Source: Candidatus Hydrogenedentota bacterium (GTDB lineage Bacteria; Hydrogenedentota; Hydrogenedentia; Hydrogenedentales; SLHB01). Taken from it: DNA of 64,000 bases. Below the pieces are notes generated by a model. That model saw only the letters and a list, made by a program, of their open reading frames with translations. It was not told the origin of the DNA and ran no database searches. The DNA lies in NCBI GenBank assembly GCA_963668025.2, contig CAXXTH010000018.1, forward strand, positions 320,001 through 384,000. Reading direction: 5' to 3'. This document shows, one piece after another, positions 19,164 to 29,467 of the stretch (positions are counted from its first letter, which is position 1; the number at the start of each line of letters is the position of its first letter). The translations under genes were made by a program, and so were the position numbers.

Positions 19164-20966
19164 ATGAGATTTATTGTCCTAGCATCAATAACAACTATAT
19201 GCGTGGTCCAGAGCCTATCGGCGATGGCCTCGGACTTGGTGAAAAACGGCAAATCCGATTACTCCATCATTGTGGCGTCTGGTGCGATCCTTCCCGAACA
19301 AACCGCCGCGAAAGAATTACAATCCCACCTGAAGGCCGCAATGGGTGTTTTGCTTCCGATTCTCGAAGAAGACGCGGCAGCTTCGCCGGAAAACAAAATC
19401 ATCATCGGGCAATCAAAGCGCCTGGCCGCCACATTTCCGGAGTTGGAACTGGCGGCGCTCAAGCACGACGGCATTGTCATGAAATCCGATGGCTCCACCT
19501 TGTTCCTCGCAGGTGGGTGCCCCCGAGGCTCTTTGTACGCGGTCTATACGTTTCTGGAGGAAGTGGTGGGCTGCCACTGGTGGACCTCGACCGAGAGCTA
19601 CATCCCTCAAATCAAGCAGATGGAAATGCCTATTTTGGACAAGGTCTACACCCCCGCGCTGTTGTACCGGGAATCATTTTACCTCGATGCATTCGATGGA
19701 GTATTCGCGGCGCGCAGCAAGTGCAACGGGAATTTCTGCGAGATCACCCCGGAATACGGCGGCCATTACAGCATCTTGGGCTGGTGCCATACGTTCTACA
19801 AGCTTCTGCCGCCGGATACGTATTTCAACGAGCATCCCGAATGGTATAGCGAAGTTAATGGGAAGCGGACCAGTGAACACGCGCAGTTGTGTCTCACCAA
19901 TGAGGCCATGCGGGCTGAACTCACGAAGAATGCATTGGAATGGATTCGAAAAGAGCCTACGTCGGGTATGATCTCCATTTCACAGAACGATGCAGCAGCA
20001 ACCGATTATTTGGGCATTTGCCAATGTCCTGCTTGCGCGGCCATCGAGAAAGAAGAAGGCGGCCCTTCCGGCCTGCTTCTACGGTTTGTGAACGCCGTGG
20101 CGGAGGACATCCAGAAGGAGTATCCGGATATGCTGGTGGAAACGCTGGCGTATCAATTTACGATCGGCGCGCCCCGCATTACGCGCCCTCGAGAGAATGT
20201 GGTGATTCGGTTCTGCTCGGGTTTCACCAAACCCCTGGCGACGGATCCGGTCAACGCGGATTTCTGCCGGGAAATCCAGGCGTGGAGCGACATAGCGCCC
20301 AGGCTTTACAACTGGGATTATGTCACTAATTTTGCCAGATATCTCCTTCCTCATCCGAATTGGAAGGCCCTTGCCCCCAATATTCGCTTTTTTATCGCCC
20401 ACAATAGCATCGGATTGTTTGAACAGGGCGATTACGGCTCTACTTGCGGCGACTTTGTCCAGCTTCGCGCATGGCTGCTGGCCCATCTTATGTGGGAGCC
20501 TTCCCGCGATCAGGACGCCCTGATTAATGAGTTCCTCGATGGATACTATGGCCCAGCCGCCTGGCCTCTACGGCAATATATTGATTTAATGTCGGACGCT
20601 CTATCAAAGGATAATGATCAACTACTGTATGCTATGCATACGACTTCGCCATGGCTGGTTCTAGATGATTTAAACGTTGCTGAGGCGCTATTCGATCAAG
20701 CGGAACAAGCGGTCCAGCATGATGAAACACTAGCAAGGCGCGTGCGCCGGGCGCGCTTGCCGCTCACCTACGCATGGCTGAACCGGTATTCCGAATTCGT
20801 AAAAACCGCGCATCAACAAAACAAACCTTTCGCAGGCCCCCAAGACCCCTCTGCCGCCAGCCGGGATTTCATTGAGGCTTGCCAGGAATTTAAGTGCAAA
20901 GAATTCGCGGAAGCCAATCCGCTTGAGAACCTGGCGAAGGAGCTGAAAACGCAATTTAACAAATAA
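19164..20966 (+). CDS. DUF4838 domain secreted protein (copy 1)
   Basis: Signal peptide, GH20/67-like N-domain, HPEWYS..GKR...QLCLTN, ISQND, LAYQ, YYGPAA. Confidence 0.8.
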   Translation: MRFIVLASITTICVVQSLSAMASDLVKNGKSDYSIIVASGAILPEQTAAKELQSHLKAAMGVLLPILEEDAAASPENKIIIGQSKRLAATFPELELAALKHDGIVMKSDGSTLFLAGGCPRGSLYAVYTFLEEVVGCHWWTSTESYIPQIKQMEMPILDKVYTPALLYRESFYLDAFDGVFAARSKCNGNFCEITPEYGGHYSILGWCHTFYKLLPPDTYFNEHPEWYSEVNGKRTSEHAQLCLTNEAMRAELTKNALEWIRKEPTSGMISISQNDAAATDYLGICQCPACAAIEKEEGGPSGLLLRFVNAVAEDIQKEYPDMLVETLAYQFTIGAPRITRPRENVVIRFCSGFTKPLATDPVNADFCREIQAWSDIAPRLYNWDYVTNFARYLLPHPNWKALAPNIRFFIAHNSIGLFEQGDYGSTCGDFVQLRAWLLAHLMWEPSRDQDALINEFLDGYYGPAAWPLRQYIDLMSDALSKDNDQLLYAMHTTSPWLVLDDLNVAEALFDQAEQAVQHDETLARRVRRARLPLTYAWLNRYSEFVKTAHQQNKPFAGPQDPSAASRDFIEACQEFKCKEFAEANPLENLAKELKTQFNK

Positions 20967-21061
20967 AAACAGACGTTTCATTACCTTAAAATGTATTCTA
21001 AGACTCTTGGCCTCCATTGTAAAAAATCGTGCGCGTGGTAACGTAAGAAAGGAACGAAAGA

Positions 21062-22855
21062 ATGCGATACATTTCGTTGAGCGGGATTGCTGCTATTCTC
21101 TTGTGCCAGAGTGTATCCGCTCTGGCGGCGGATTTAGTGAAAAACGGCAAATCAGATTTCGTCATTGTGTTGGCGTCTGGGGCGATTCCCCCTGAACAAA
21201 CCGCCGCAAAGGAACTACAGTCCCACTTAGAAGCCTCGACGGGCGTTCTGCTGCCGATTCTCGAAGAAGACACGGCAGCATCATCGGAAAACCAAATCAT
21301 CGTCGGTCAATCGAAACGCCTGGCCGCCGCATTCCCGGAGTTGGATCTAGCGGCGCTCAAGCGCGATGGCATCGTCATGAAGTCAGATGGCTCGACGGTC
21401 TTTTTGGCGGGCGGACGCCCCCGAGGTTCTTTGTATGCCGTCTATACGTTTCTCGAAGAAGTGATTGGCTGCCGCTGGTGGACCTCCACGGAGAGCTATA
21501 CTCCTAAAATCAAGCATATGGAAATGCCTGCTTTGGACAATGTGTATGCGCCCGCGCTGTTGTATCGTGAATCCTTTTACCGCGATGCATTCGATGGCGT
21601 ATTCGCGGCGCGCAGCAAGTGCAACGGGAATTTCTGCAAAATCACACCCGAATACGGCGGCCATTACAGTATCTTGGGCTGGTGCCATACGTTCTATCAA
21701 TTGCTACCGCCGGACAAATATTTAAGCGAACATCCCGAATGGTATAGCGAAATCGATGGCAAACGGACCAGCGACCATGCGCAGTTATGCCTCACCAACG
21801 AGGCCATGCGCGCCGAACTCACCAAGAATGCACTGGAATGGATCCGGAAAGACCCCACCGCAGGCATCATCTCCATCTCACAAAATGACTGGTTCGGCAA
21901 TTGCCAATGCCCCACCTGTGCAGCCATCGAAAAAGAAGAAGGCAGCCCTTCCGGATTGCTATTGCGTTTCGTGAATGCCGTGGCGGAGGACATTCAGAAA
22001 GAGTTCCCAGACATGCTGGTGGAAACGCTGGCGTATCAATACACGCGCCCCGCGCCCCGCATCACCAAGCCTCGGGATAACGTCGTCATTCGGCTCTGCT
22101 CGATCGAGTGCAATTTCTCGAAAACCCTGGGAACGGACCCGAGCAACGCCGATTTCCGCCGTGACATCGAGTCATGGAGCGCGATCTCGCCTCAACTCTA
22201 CAACTGGGATTATGTCACTAATTTTGCCGAATACCTCCTTCCCCATCCCAACTGGAAAGTTCTCGCCTCCAATATCCGCTTCTATACGGCTAATCATTGC
22301 ATCGGATTATTCGAGCAGGGCGACGCGGGTTCTTCATGCGGCGATTTTATCGAGCTTCGCGCTTGGCTGCTGTCCCATCTGATGTGGCAGCCCTCGCGCG
22401 ATCCTGACGCCCTGATCAATGAATTTCTCACGGGATACTATGGCCCAGCCGCTTGGCCCCTCCGCCAGTACATCGACCTCATGTCGGACACCGGTTCCAA
22501 GGCGAATATTGATCTGCGCTGTTTCATGAAAACAACTTCGTCCTGGTTGACGCTTGATGCGCTGAACACCGCTGAGGCGTTGTTTGATGAAGCGGAGCAT
22601 GCGGTCCGAAAAGATAAAATCCTTGCGCAACGAGTACGCCGGGCGCGTTTGCCCCTCACCTACGCCTGGCTGAACCGGTATGACGAATTGGTGCAAGCGG
22701 CGCATCAACAAAACAAACCGTTCGCAGGCCCTCAAGACCCCGCCGCCGCCAGCCGGGATTTCATTCGGGCATGCGAAGAGTTTCAATGCAAGGAATACGC
22801 GGAGGGGAATCCATTAGGAAATCTTGCGCGGGAGCTAAAGGATCATTTCAAATGA
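21062..22855 (+). CDS. DUF4838 domain secreted protein (copy 2, tandem paralog)
   Basis: Collinear and highly similar to 19164-20966. Confidence 0.8.
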   Translation: MRYISLSGIAAILLCQSVSALAADLVKNGKSDFVIVLASGAIPPEQTAAKELQSHLEASTGVLLPILEEDTAASSENQIIVGQSKRLAAAFPELDLAALKRDGIVMKSDGSTVFLAGGRPRGSLYAVYTFLEEVIGCRWWTSTESYTPKIKHMEMPALDNVYAPALLYRESFYRDAFDGVFAARSKCNGNFCKITPEYGGHYSILGWCHTFYQLLPPDKYLSEHPEWYSEIDGKRTSDHAQLCLTNEAMRAELTKNALEWIRKDPTAGIISISQNDWFGNCQCPTCAAIEKEEGSPSGLLLRFVNAVAEDIQKEFPDMLVETLAYQYTRPAPRITKPRDNVVIRLCSIECNFSKTLGTDPSNADFRRDIESWSAISPQLYNWDYVTNFAEYLLPHPNWKVLASNIRFYTANHCIGLFEQGDAGSSCGDFIELRAWLLSHLMWQPSRDPDALINEFLTGYYGPAAWPLRQYIDLMSDTGSKANIDLRCFMKTTSSWLTLDALNTAEALFDEAEHAVRKDKILAQRVRRARLPLTYAWLNRYDELVQAAHQQNKPFAGPQDPAAASRDFIRACEEFQCKEYAEGNPLGNLARELKDHFK

Positions 22856-23493
22856 ATTCTGCTATGTGGCATGTAAATATCATGGCAGACCATGCTTGAT
22901 ATTGAGTATGGAATACCAATATCATCTAGAAAAACTACAAGGTAAATATATATATGATTATCGCGCCTTAAATGTAAAAAATCGCATTTTGCTCTTTAAT
23001 ATTATTTTATGTAACAGATGTGCTATATAGCGTTCAAGTTCGTATGCATATCGAGTTGCTAAAGTATGGAGCCGAACAAATGACATCAGATGGGAACGAC
23101 GACAATTTTCAGAGCGTTGTCAAGGGACAATTGCCAGGCGCAGAGCTTGTTATCGGACTTGTTGGTCCTGTAGGAGCAAATCTGAGGTGCCTAGTACAAG
23201 ATCTGACCAAGTGCCTCCAAAAATACGAATACCATGCTGAGGAAATTCACATATCCGATCTGATAAAGAATCTTGCCGAGATTCCGGCACATGATGTCAA
23301 TAGTGAATTTCAACGCACCAATGCCTTAATGACCGCTGGAGACAATGCTCGTAAAAATACCGCTAACAACGCGGTATTGGCGCTTGCAACCGTTTATCAG
23401 ATTTATTCAAAACGACTTGTACAAAATGGAAAAGTTCAACCCCAGCCAAGGCAAGCATATATCATAAACTCACTTAAACATCCAGATGAAGTA

Positions 23494-25315
23494 GAGGCAT
23501 TTGCGAAATAAAGAAAATCCGTATTGACAAGGGTTTACAAAGCGGCGGAATTGGCGCCTACCCCGGAGAATGCGGGGAAAGGGGCTTGGCGGGGGCATGA
23601 ATAAGGATTTTTTGTGAAAAATCACCCCAAATGCCCTCGGCGAGCGGGAAAAGGCGTAACGTCTCCCGTGTGTGATTGTAGTATAGTTGACCACATAACC
23701 ACGCACACACCAAGGAGACGTTTGCGATGGCCATTATACACCAAATGGGGTTGTTCTCGTGGAACCAGGTCGACGCGGCGTCGGATCTGGATCGGCTGAA
23801 CCTGTTGCTGGCGGCGCTGCCGGATGAAGATTTGATGCGGGCGATGGAAGCCGAACGCAAGGGGCGGCGCGACGATTATCCTATCCGCGCGATGTGGAAC
23901 AGCATACTGGCGGGGATCGTCTTCCAGCACGACGGCGTCGAAAGCCTGCGCCGCGAACTAGCCCGAAACGGGCAATTGCGCCAGTTGTGCGGATTCGACG
24001 TGTTGCGGGGCGCCAAGGCGGTCCCGCCCGAATGGGTGTACACGCGGTTCTTCGCCAGATTACTGCGCCACTGGAAAGAAGTGGACCGGATGTTCGACGC
24101 GCTCATCGTCCGGCTGATGGAACGCTTGCCGGATCTCGGGGTGCGTCTGGCCGTAGACTCGAAAGCCATCCAAACCCACGCCAAGCCTCCGCGCAAAGAC
24201 GCGGTCCTGGAAAACGAAGAGCCGGACGGGCGGCGCGACCGCGACGCAGACTGGGGCACGAAAACCTACAAGGGCGTTCACAAGGACGGCACGCCCTGGG
24301 AGAAGGTCAAACGGTGGTTCGGCTACAAGCTGCACCTCATCGTGGACACGAAATATGAATTGCCGCTGGGCTACGCGGTCACGAAAGCCAGCGCCAACGA
24401 CTCGCCCTTTCTGCTGCCCCTCGTGGCGGCTCTCGACGCGCGCCACCCCGAACTCGTCCAACGCGCCGAGTACCTCAGCGCCGACAAGGGCTATGATTCC
24501 GAAGCCAACAACAAGGGCCTCTTCGAGGAACATGAAATCCGGCCCATCGTGGACATCCGGGCGACCTGGAAAGAAGAACCGGAACGGCCCCGCCCTTTAT
24601 ATCCCGAACGGGTAGACACGATCTTCCATACCGAACGAGGTGAAGTCCTCTGCCGGTGTCGTAACGGCGCCCCAAACGAACGCGACAACTATGATTCCAT
24701 GGCCTACCAAGGATTCGAGCAAGATCGGGGAACCTTGAAATACCGTTGCCCAGCCAAGGCACGCGGGAGCGCCTGTACCCAGCAAGACCTCTGCAACCAA
24801 GGATGCCAGCCCGAACACGGACGGATTGTCCGCGTGCCCATCGCTATCGACCGGCGCATCTTTACCCCCCTGCCCCGCAGCGCCAAATCCTGGCGCCGCG
24901 AATACAAACACCGCACCGCCATCGAGCGAGTCAACAGCCGACTCGACGGCGCATACGGATTCGAGCGCCACTACATCCGCGGTATGAAAAAGATGCGCGC
25001 CCGCACCGGATTAGCCCTCCTCGTCATGCTCGGCATGGCCCTGGGATGGCTCGAAGCCGGCCAGGCAGAACGCATGCGCTCGCTCCTCGGACAGCCCCGC
25101 GCCGCATAGATCACATCGAATCCGCACAAGCAATGATGGCCCGAATCAAGGGCAAACCATGCCCATTCGGGCCGCAAGGGTCCTACACGCGAACCTCCTG
25201 CATGATTTATTGCACCCGTAGCGGAGGCGTAATCCCATTGCCACAGGCGAAAACCGCTCCGCGTGTGCCCGCACCGTCCGCGCGTTCGCAAACCACGCTA
25301 TTTCGCAAATGCCTC
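23494..25315 (+). mobile_element. IS1182/IS5-like insertion sequence
   Basis: 17-bp TIR GAGGCATTTGCGAAATA; 6-bp TSD GAAGTA at 23488-23493 and 25316-25321. Confidence 0.9.
23727..25109 (+). CDS. DDE transposase (IS4 superfamily)
   Basis: GRRDDYP, AVDSK, FGYKLH, ADKGYD, RTAIERVNSRL. Confidence 0.92.
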   Translation: MAIIHQMGLFSWNQVDAASDLDRLNLLLAALPDEDLMRAMEAERKGRRDDYPIRAMWNSILAGIVFQHDGVESLRRELARNGQLRQLCGFDVLRGAKAVPPEWVYTRFFARLLRHWKEVDRMFDALIVRLMERLPDLGVRLAVDSKAIQTHAKPPRKDAVLENEEPDGRRDRDADWGTKTYKGVHKDGTPWEKVKRWFGYKLHLIVDTKYELPLGYAVTKASANDSPFLLPLVAALDARHPELVQRAEYLSADKGYDSEANNKGLFEEHEIRPIVDIRATWKEEPERPRPLYPERVDTIFHTERGEVLCRCRNGAPNERDNYDSMAYQGFEQDRGTLKYRCPAKARGSACTQQDLCNQGCQPEHGRIVRVPIAIDRRIFTPLPRSAKSWRREYKHRTAIERVNSRLDGAYGFERHYIRGMKKMRARTGLALLVMLGMALGWLEAGQAERMRSLLGQPRAA

Positions 25316-26471
25316 GAAGTAAATGCAATCCGCAGAATCTATGGTAATGGCTTTTTCCTTCTAGGTGTCTATGTGGACCCACAAGTACGTAAGCATCTTC
25401 TTCAGCGAAGTAATAGAGGTATGTCTGAGGAAGAAGCACTCAAGCTTATGTTCCGCGATGAATCGGAAGGGCCAGACTATGGGCAACGCACAAGGGATAC
25501 ATACCACCTAAGTGATTTTTTCGTTCTTCTTGAAGATGGCGATGAAAGCAAGGTCAAGAGAACACAGGCTGCTCTTGAACGTTTTCTAGATATCATCTTT
25601 GCCGATCCATATAGAACACCTCTGTTCGATGAGTATGCGATGTTCATGGCTTTTGCCGCCGCGACTCGTTCGGCAGACCTTTCGCGTCAGATCGGTGCGG
25701 TGATAGCACGAGACGACGAGATTATTGCCACGGGAGCAAACGACTGCCCACGATCAGGAGGTGGAACTTATTGGCCACATCTAGATGATAATGGCCAAGT
25801 TGTTGATTTTCCTGATGGCCGGGATTATCTGCGAGGAGAGGACAGGAATGATATTGAAAAAGCACGAATTATAAATGATGCGATAAAAGCAATGAGAGAT
25901 GCCTTGGAGAAAAATGACAAGGAGGCCCATGCCGAAGAAGAATGGCTAATACTACGAAGAGCTTTGGAGTCAAGCACAATAGATGACATCACGGAATTCG
26001 GGCGTGTGGTGCATGCGGAAATGGATGCTCTTCTGGCGTGCGCTAGAAATAACATCAGTTGTCAAAATGCTATACTTTACACAACGACATTTCCCTGCCA
26101 CAATTGCGCAAAGCATATCATCGCCGCAGGGATTAAGCGAGTCGTATACGTGGAGCCATATCCGAAAAGTAAGGCTCTGGATTTTCATAATGACTCTGCT
26201 TGTTTGGGCTTTGTTACCGTCAATCGCGAGGAAAATAATAAAGTAATCTTCGAACCGTTTGTAGGTGTCGGACCACGTCGTTTTTTTGATCTTTTCTCGA
26301 TGAAACAAGGCTCTGGATACCCCATAAGACGAAAAAATAAAACTACTGGAAAGACATTGCAGTGGGAGGCAAAAGATGGCAAAATGAGGGTGCCGGAATT
26401 GCCTTGGAGCTATCTCGAAAGGGAAGAGATAACCACAAATATTATGAAGCGGTATTGGAAGGTGATGGATC

Positions 26472-26639
26472 ATGAGCAACAAAGAGATGACCAGCCGGGA
26501 CGAAATACAAGTGACGCAATTGAAACCGACTCTGCAGGAAATGCAAGCAGCAATGAAGAGGGCATCTGACAATGCGAAATCGTGGGTAGTCTGGCAGGAT
26601 AAAAAGGTGTCCACTCACACTAAATCCCAAAGCAAATAG
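26472..26639 (+). CDS. Putative 55-aa protein overlapping the deaminase 3' end
   Basis: MSNKEMTSRDEIQVTQLKPTLQEMQAAMKRASDNAKSWVVWQDKKVSTHTKSQSK; GGAAGGTGA upstream; followed by terminator. Confidence 0.4.
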   Translation: MSNKEMTSRDEIQVTQLKPTLQEMQAAMKRASDNAKSWVVWQDKKVSTHTKSQSK

Positions 26640-26661
26640 CAATTTCAGAGAATCATTCATT

Positions 26662-26698
26662 AGCGCCGTCACACGAAAAAGCGTCTGGCGGCGTTTTT
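26662..26698 (+). terminator. Intrinsic terminator after deaminase locus
   Basis: GCGCCGTCA...TGGCGGCGT stem + T tract. Confidence 0.55.
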
Positions 26699-26754
26699 AA
26701 ATAAATCCGATTATAAAGAGCAGAATCTACAATTTAGCGCAGCCAAAACAAACT

Positions 26755-26790
26755 AGGGAAACCCGCCTATCTGGGGGCTTCCCTTTTTAA
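26755..26790. terminator. Hairpin downstream of flgM
   Basis: AGGGAAACCC...GGGCTTCCCT stem with T/A tracts. Confidence 0.45.
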
Positions 26791-26809
26791 AAAAACGTAG
26801 TGCGTTCGC

Positions 26810-27106
26810 CTATTCGAAAAACTTCATGAGATTCTGGGCCAACTGCTGGAGAATCTCCGGTTGTTTATAACTGCCATTCTCGATATTCTGCTTTGCGGCG
26901 GCGACGCGGTCCGCACGGACATCCGTGCTCGATTTCGCTACTTGTACATACTGGGCTGCCGTAGCGGCCTCTTGAGCTGCTGAACTAAAGCCTACTTGAT
27001 CCGACGATGTGGTCGTTAACGATTCATCCCGCTTCCGATCACGTATACTCGCTGGCCGCTCTTGCACAGGCTCAGGAATTCCACTAATCCCTTGTATCCC
27101 AGCCAT
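26810..27106 (-). CDS. flgM: Anti-sigma28 factor FlgM
   Basis: DQVGFSSAA and DVRADRVAAAKQNIENGSY; sigma28 promoter upstream. Confidence 0.88.
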   Translation of the reverse strand: MAGIQGISGIPEPVQERPASIRDRKRDESLTTTSSDQVGFSSAAQEAATAAQYVQVAKSSTDVRADRVAAAKQNIENGSYKQPEILQQLAQNLMKFFE

Positions 27107-27173
27107 AATCACTCTCCTTTGGGCGTGGTTGGCATCCGTGCCGAACACCCAATCCTTATTCTCTTAATACGTA

Positions 27174-27200
27174 TTATCGACGGATCCGGCCAAAACTTTA
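27174..27200 (-). promoter_or_regulatory. sigma28 (FliA) promoter
   Basis: TAAA-N15-GTCGATAA versus consensus TAAA-N15-GCCGATAA. Confidence 0.8.
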
Positions 27201-27250
27201 GAATTTATTTTCGGCGAAGCTTATCACGGGCGCTATTTTGTTTCAAGCCG

Positions 27251-28429
27251 TTATCGCAAGCCAACTTGCGCAGCTTCATACAGCGCCTGCACCTGTTTTG
27301 AATCCAGTTCGCCCACTTGATTGCGGAATCGGTAGGGGTCCGCCGCCACCTCATCTGCAAACCCCGGCAACAAACGTCCGTCAACGCCAGAATCTTTTGC
27401 GGCGGGCGATACGCCGCAATCCGACAGTATCGCATGCAGCGCTTCTCCGATGGCGGCGCGGGCGGATTCCGGTTCCGGCGCGCATGGAAACCCAAGCGCC
27501 TCGGCCAAAGCGGCCACTTTGCCGGGAATATGCCGCGCGTTGAACTGGAAAAGCGGCGTCAGCAACAAGGCATTGGCCAAGCCATGGGGAATTCCACAAC
27601 GCGTCGTGTATAAATACCCCATGCCATGCACGAGCGTGGTGCCGCTCTGGGCGATGATGCATCCAGAGAGCATTGCCGCATGAAGCATGTACGTGCGGGC
27701 TTCCGCATCTCCGCCATCGGCCACGGCCACCGGCAGCCAGCGCCGGATGATGCGGCAGGCCTCAAGGGCCATCAGGTCTCCCACGGGGGTGGGATGGCGC
27801 GACGCCATACCTTCCATAGCCTGGCTCAAGGCGTCAAGGCCGGTGTTGGCCGTCACCGAACGAGGCATGCTGCGCGCTAAAAGGGGATCCAGCAGCGCCA
27901 CACGAGGAAATAGGCATTGCATGCGGATCGAACGTTTAGCCCCCGTGGCGCTATCAATAATCACCGAATAGGGCGTCACTTCACTGCCCGTGCCGGAGGT
28001 CGTCGGGATGGCGATAATCGGCAGTGCGCCGTTCACAAACCGCTCCCGGCTAAAATAATCCGCGCATGCGCCCGGATTTAAAGCAAGGCCCGCCACCGCC
28101 TTGGCCACATCCATGGGACTGCCGCCGCCAATCGCCACCAGCATATCGCACCCGGCGTTACGGCATAACGCCGCCGCGCGGTCGCATGTGGCGTCACAAG
28201 GATTCTCCTCGACTGCGTCGAAAACTTCCGCACCAGGATATTGGGCCAGCACACGCTCTAGAGCGCCGCTGGCTCGAGCGCTATGCCGCCCCGTGATAAC
28301 GAGCGGCTTCCGCCCCAAAGAGCAGCCAAATTCACGCAAGCGATTTAGGCAATCCGCCTCGAGCACCACCTCCGTGGGCATGCTCCAGCGATAAGGGTAG
28401 CATTCAGTCGTCATCAAGATGCTTATCAA
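27251..28429 (-). CDS. Iron-containing alcohol dehydrogenase (start uncertain)
   Basis: GGGSPMDVAK, PTTSGTGSEVT, DALSQAME, HGMGY, PHGLANA. Confidence 0.9.
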   Translation of the reverse strand: MISILMTTECYPYRWSMPTEVVLEADCLNRLREFGCSLGRKPLVITGRHSARASGALERVLAQYPGAEVFDAVEENPCDATCDRAAALCRNAGCDMLVAIGGGSPMDVAKAVAGLALNPGACADYFSRERFVNGALPIIAIPTTSGTGSEVTPYSVIIDSATGAKRSIRMQCLFPRVALLDPLLARSMPRSVTANTGLDALSQAMEGMASRHPTPVGDLMALEACRIIRRWLPVAVADGGDAEARTYMLHAAMLSGCIIAQSGTTLVHGMGYLYTTRCGIPHGLANALLLTPLFQFNARHIPGKVAALAEALGFPCAPEPESARAAIGEALHAILSDCGVSPAAKDSGVDGRLLPGFADEVAADPYRFRNQVGELDSKQVQALYEAAQVGLR

Positions 28430-28787
28430 TCCATTTGCTGACGGCGCGTTTTTCCTTATACACCTTGGCGATACGGTGGCGCGCCTTATCCGCCGCTTCC
28501 GTTCCAGGCTCCTGGTCCACGATCTTTTGCCAATACGTCACGGCTTCCTGGGTTCGTCCTTGCTTATACAATGCCTGGCCAAGATCCGAATACGCCCGCG
28601 TGTATGTGCTATCTAGCAAGAGAGCTTGACGGAAATGCTTTTCCGCCAGCTCATATTCCCCAGCGTCATATGACTGCCTGCCCTTTTTGATATGCGCCTG
28701 CGCATCAGCATGCTCATCATTGCTGGCCGCCTTCTTTTTGCCGCCGAGCAAGCGTCCAAAGATTCCCTTGATTATTCTGCCCACCAT
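28404..28787 (-). CDS. Tetratricopeptide repeat protein
   Basis: Two TPR motifs (AYSDLGQALYKQG). Confidence 0.75.
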   Translation of the reverse strand: MVGRIIKGIFGRLLGGKKKAASNDEHADAQAHIKKGRQSYDAGEYELAEKHFRQALLLDSTYTRAYSDLGQALYKQGRTQEAVTYWQKIVDQEPGTEAADKARHRIAKVYKEKRAVSKWIDKHLDDD

Positions 28788-29079
28788 ATCGGTAACCTTA
28801 TTTTCCCCCAAACACATGACGTTAGGAAACGATATAAAGAATTATATCTCCCCTTGAAGCCCTCTCGCAATGAGCACGGCTCGTAGGAGCACGGCTCGTA
28901 GGTATTCCGCTAAAGCGAAACTCACCCGCTTTCCCCACAAACGCGCACCTGCGGCTTTAATAGGGACGAGCCGGAATCTCCGCGCTTCGGCCCGTGTTTG
29001 CGTGGCAAGAAGAGTTGTGGTGAAATAGACGCTGCCCGGAGCATAGAGCGGGCGCTATCCAACATGAGGAGAAAATAGC

Positions 29080-29457
29080 ATGACAGCGCTACCAGAAAAA
29101 TTTGCTGAGGCATGGGAAGAAAAATTGCCCGAGGTGGTGCTGGCCACTTCGGGTGCAAATGGCATCCCAGAAGCCGTATATGTATCATGCATCAAGCGGT
29201 ATGGCGATGAAAAAATCGTCATCGCAGACAACTATTTCCACAAAACCCGCGCCAATATCCTCGGCGGCAGCGGCGGCGCGCTGTTGTTCATGACGATAAA
29301 AGGCGAAGCCTATCAAGTAAAAGGCGAATTTGAATATATAACAGAAGGCCCTATATATGAAGACATGAAAACATGGCTCGATCCCCAATATCCCGGCGTA
29401 GCCGCCGTGGTGCTTCATGTATCGGAAGTATACAATGGCTCTGAACGTGTTCTCTGA
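29080..29457 (+). CDS. Pyridoxamine 5'-phosphate oxidase-like FMN-binding protein
   Basis: LATSGANGIP, IADNYFHKTRANI, YQVKG; SD GAGGAG. Confidence 0.85.
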   Translation: MTALPEKFAEAWEEKLPEVVLATSGANGIPEAVYVSCIKRYGDEKIVIADNYFHKTRANILGGSGGALLFMTIKGEAYQVKGEFEYITEGPIYEDMKTWLDPQYPGVAAVVLHVSEVYNGSERVL

Positions 29458-29467
29458 GCATGCCGCG

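Larger units (their letters stand above)
23059..26569 (+). pseudogene. Anti-phage dCTP deaminase (AvcD-like kinase-deaminase) disrupted by IS
   Basis: N-term ELVIGLVGPVG and SLKHPDEV; C-term SADLSRQIGA, HAEMDA, FPCHNCAKHI, YVEPYPKS, FVGVGPRRF; halves rejoin in frame on IS removal. Confidence 0.88.

Noticed and set aside
24746-25315. N-terminal 190 aa of the 607-aa ORF
   Set aside because: Lies inside the IS; the true N-terminus of the deaminase is at 23059-23493
28381-28429. Possible frameshift at Fe-ADH start (ATG CTA CCC T TAT would give MLPYRW)
   Set aside because: In-frame starts exist at 28382 and upstream; cannot distinguish from a sequencing error
28872-28902. 15-bp tandem duplication GAGCACGGCTCGTAG
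   Set aside because: Only two copies; most simply slippage, with no support for function
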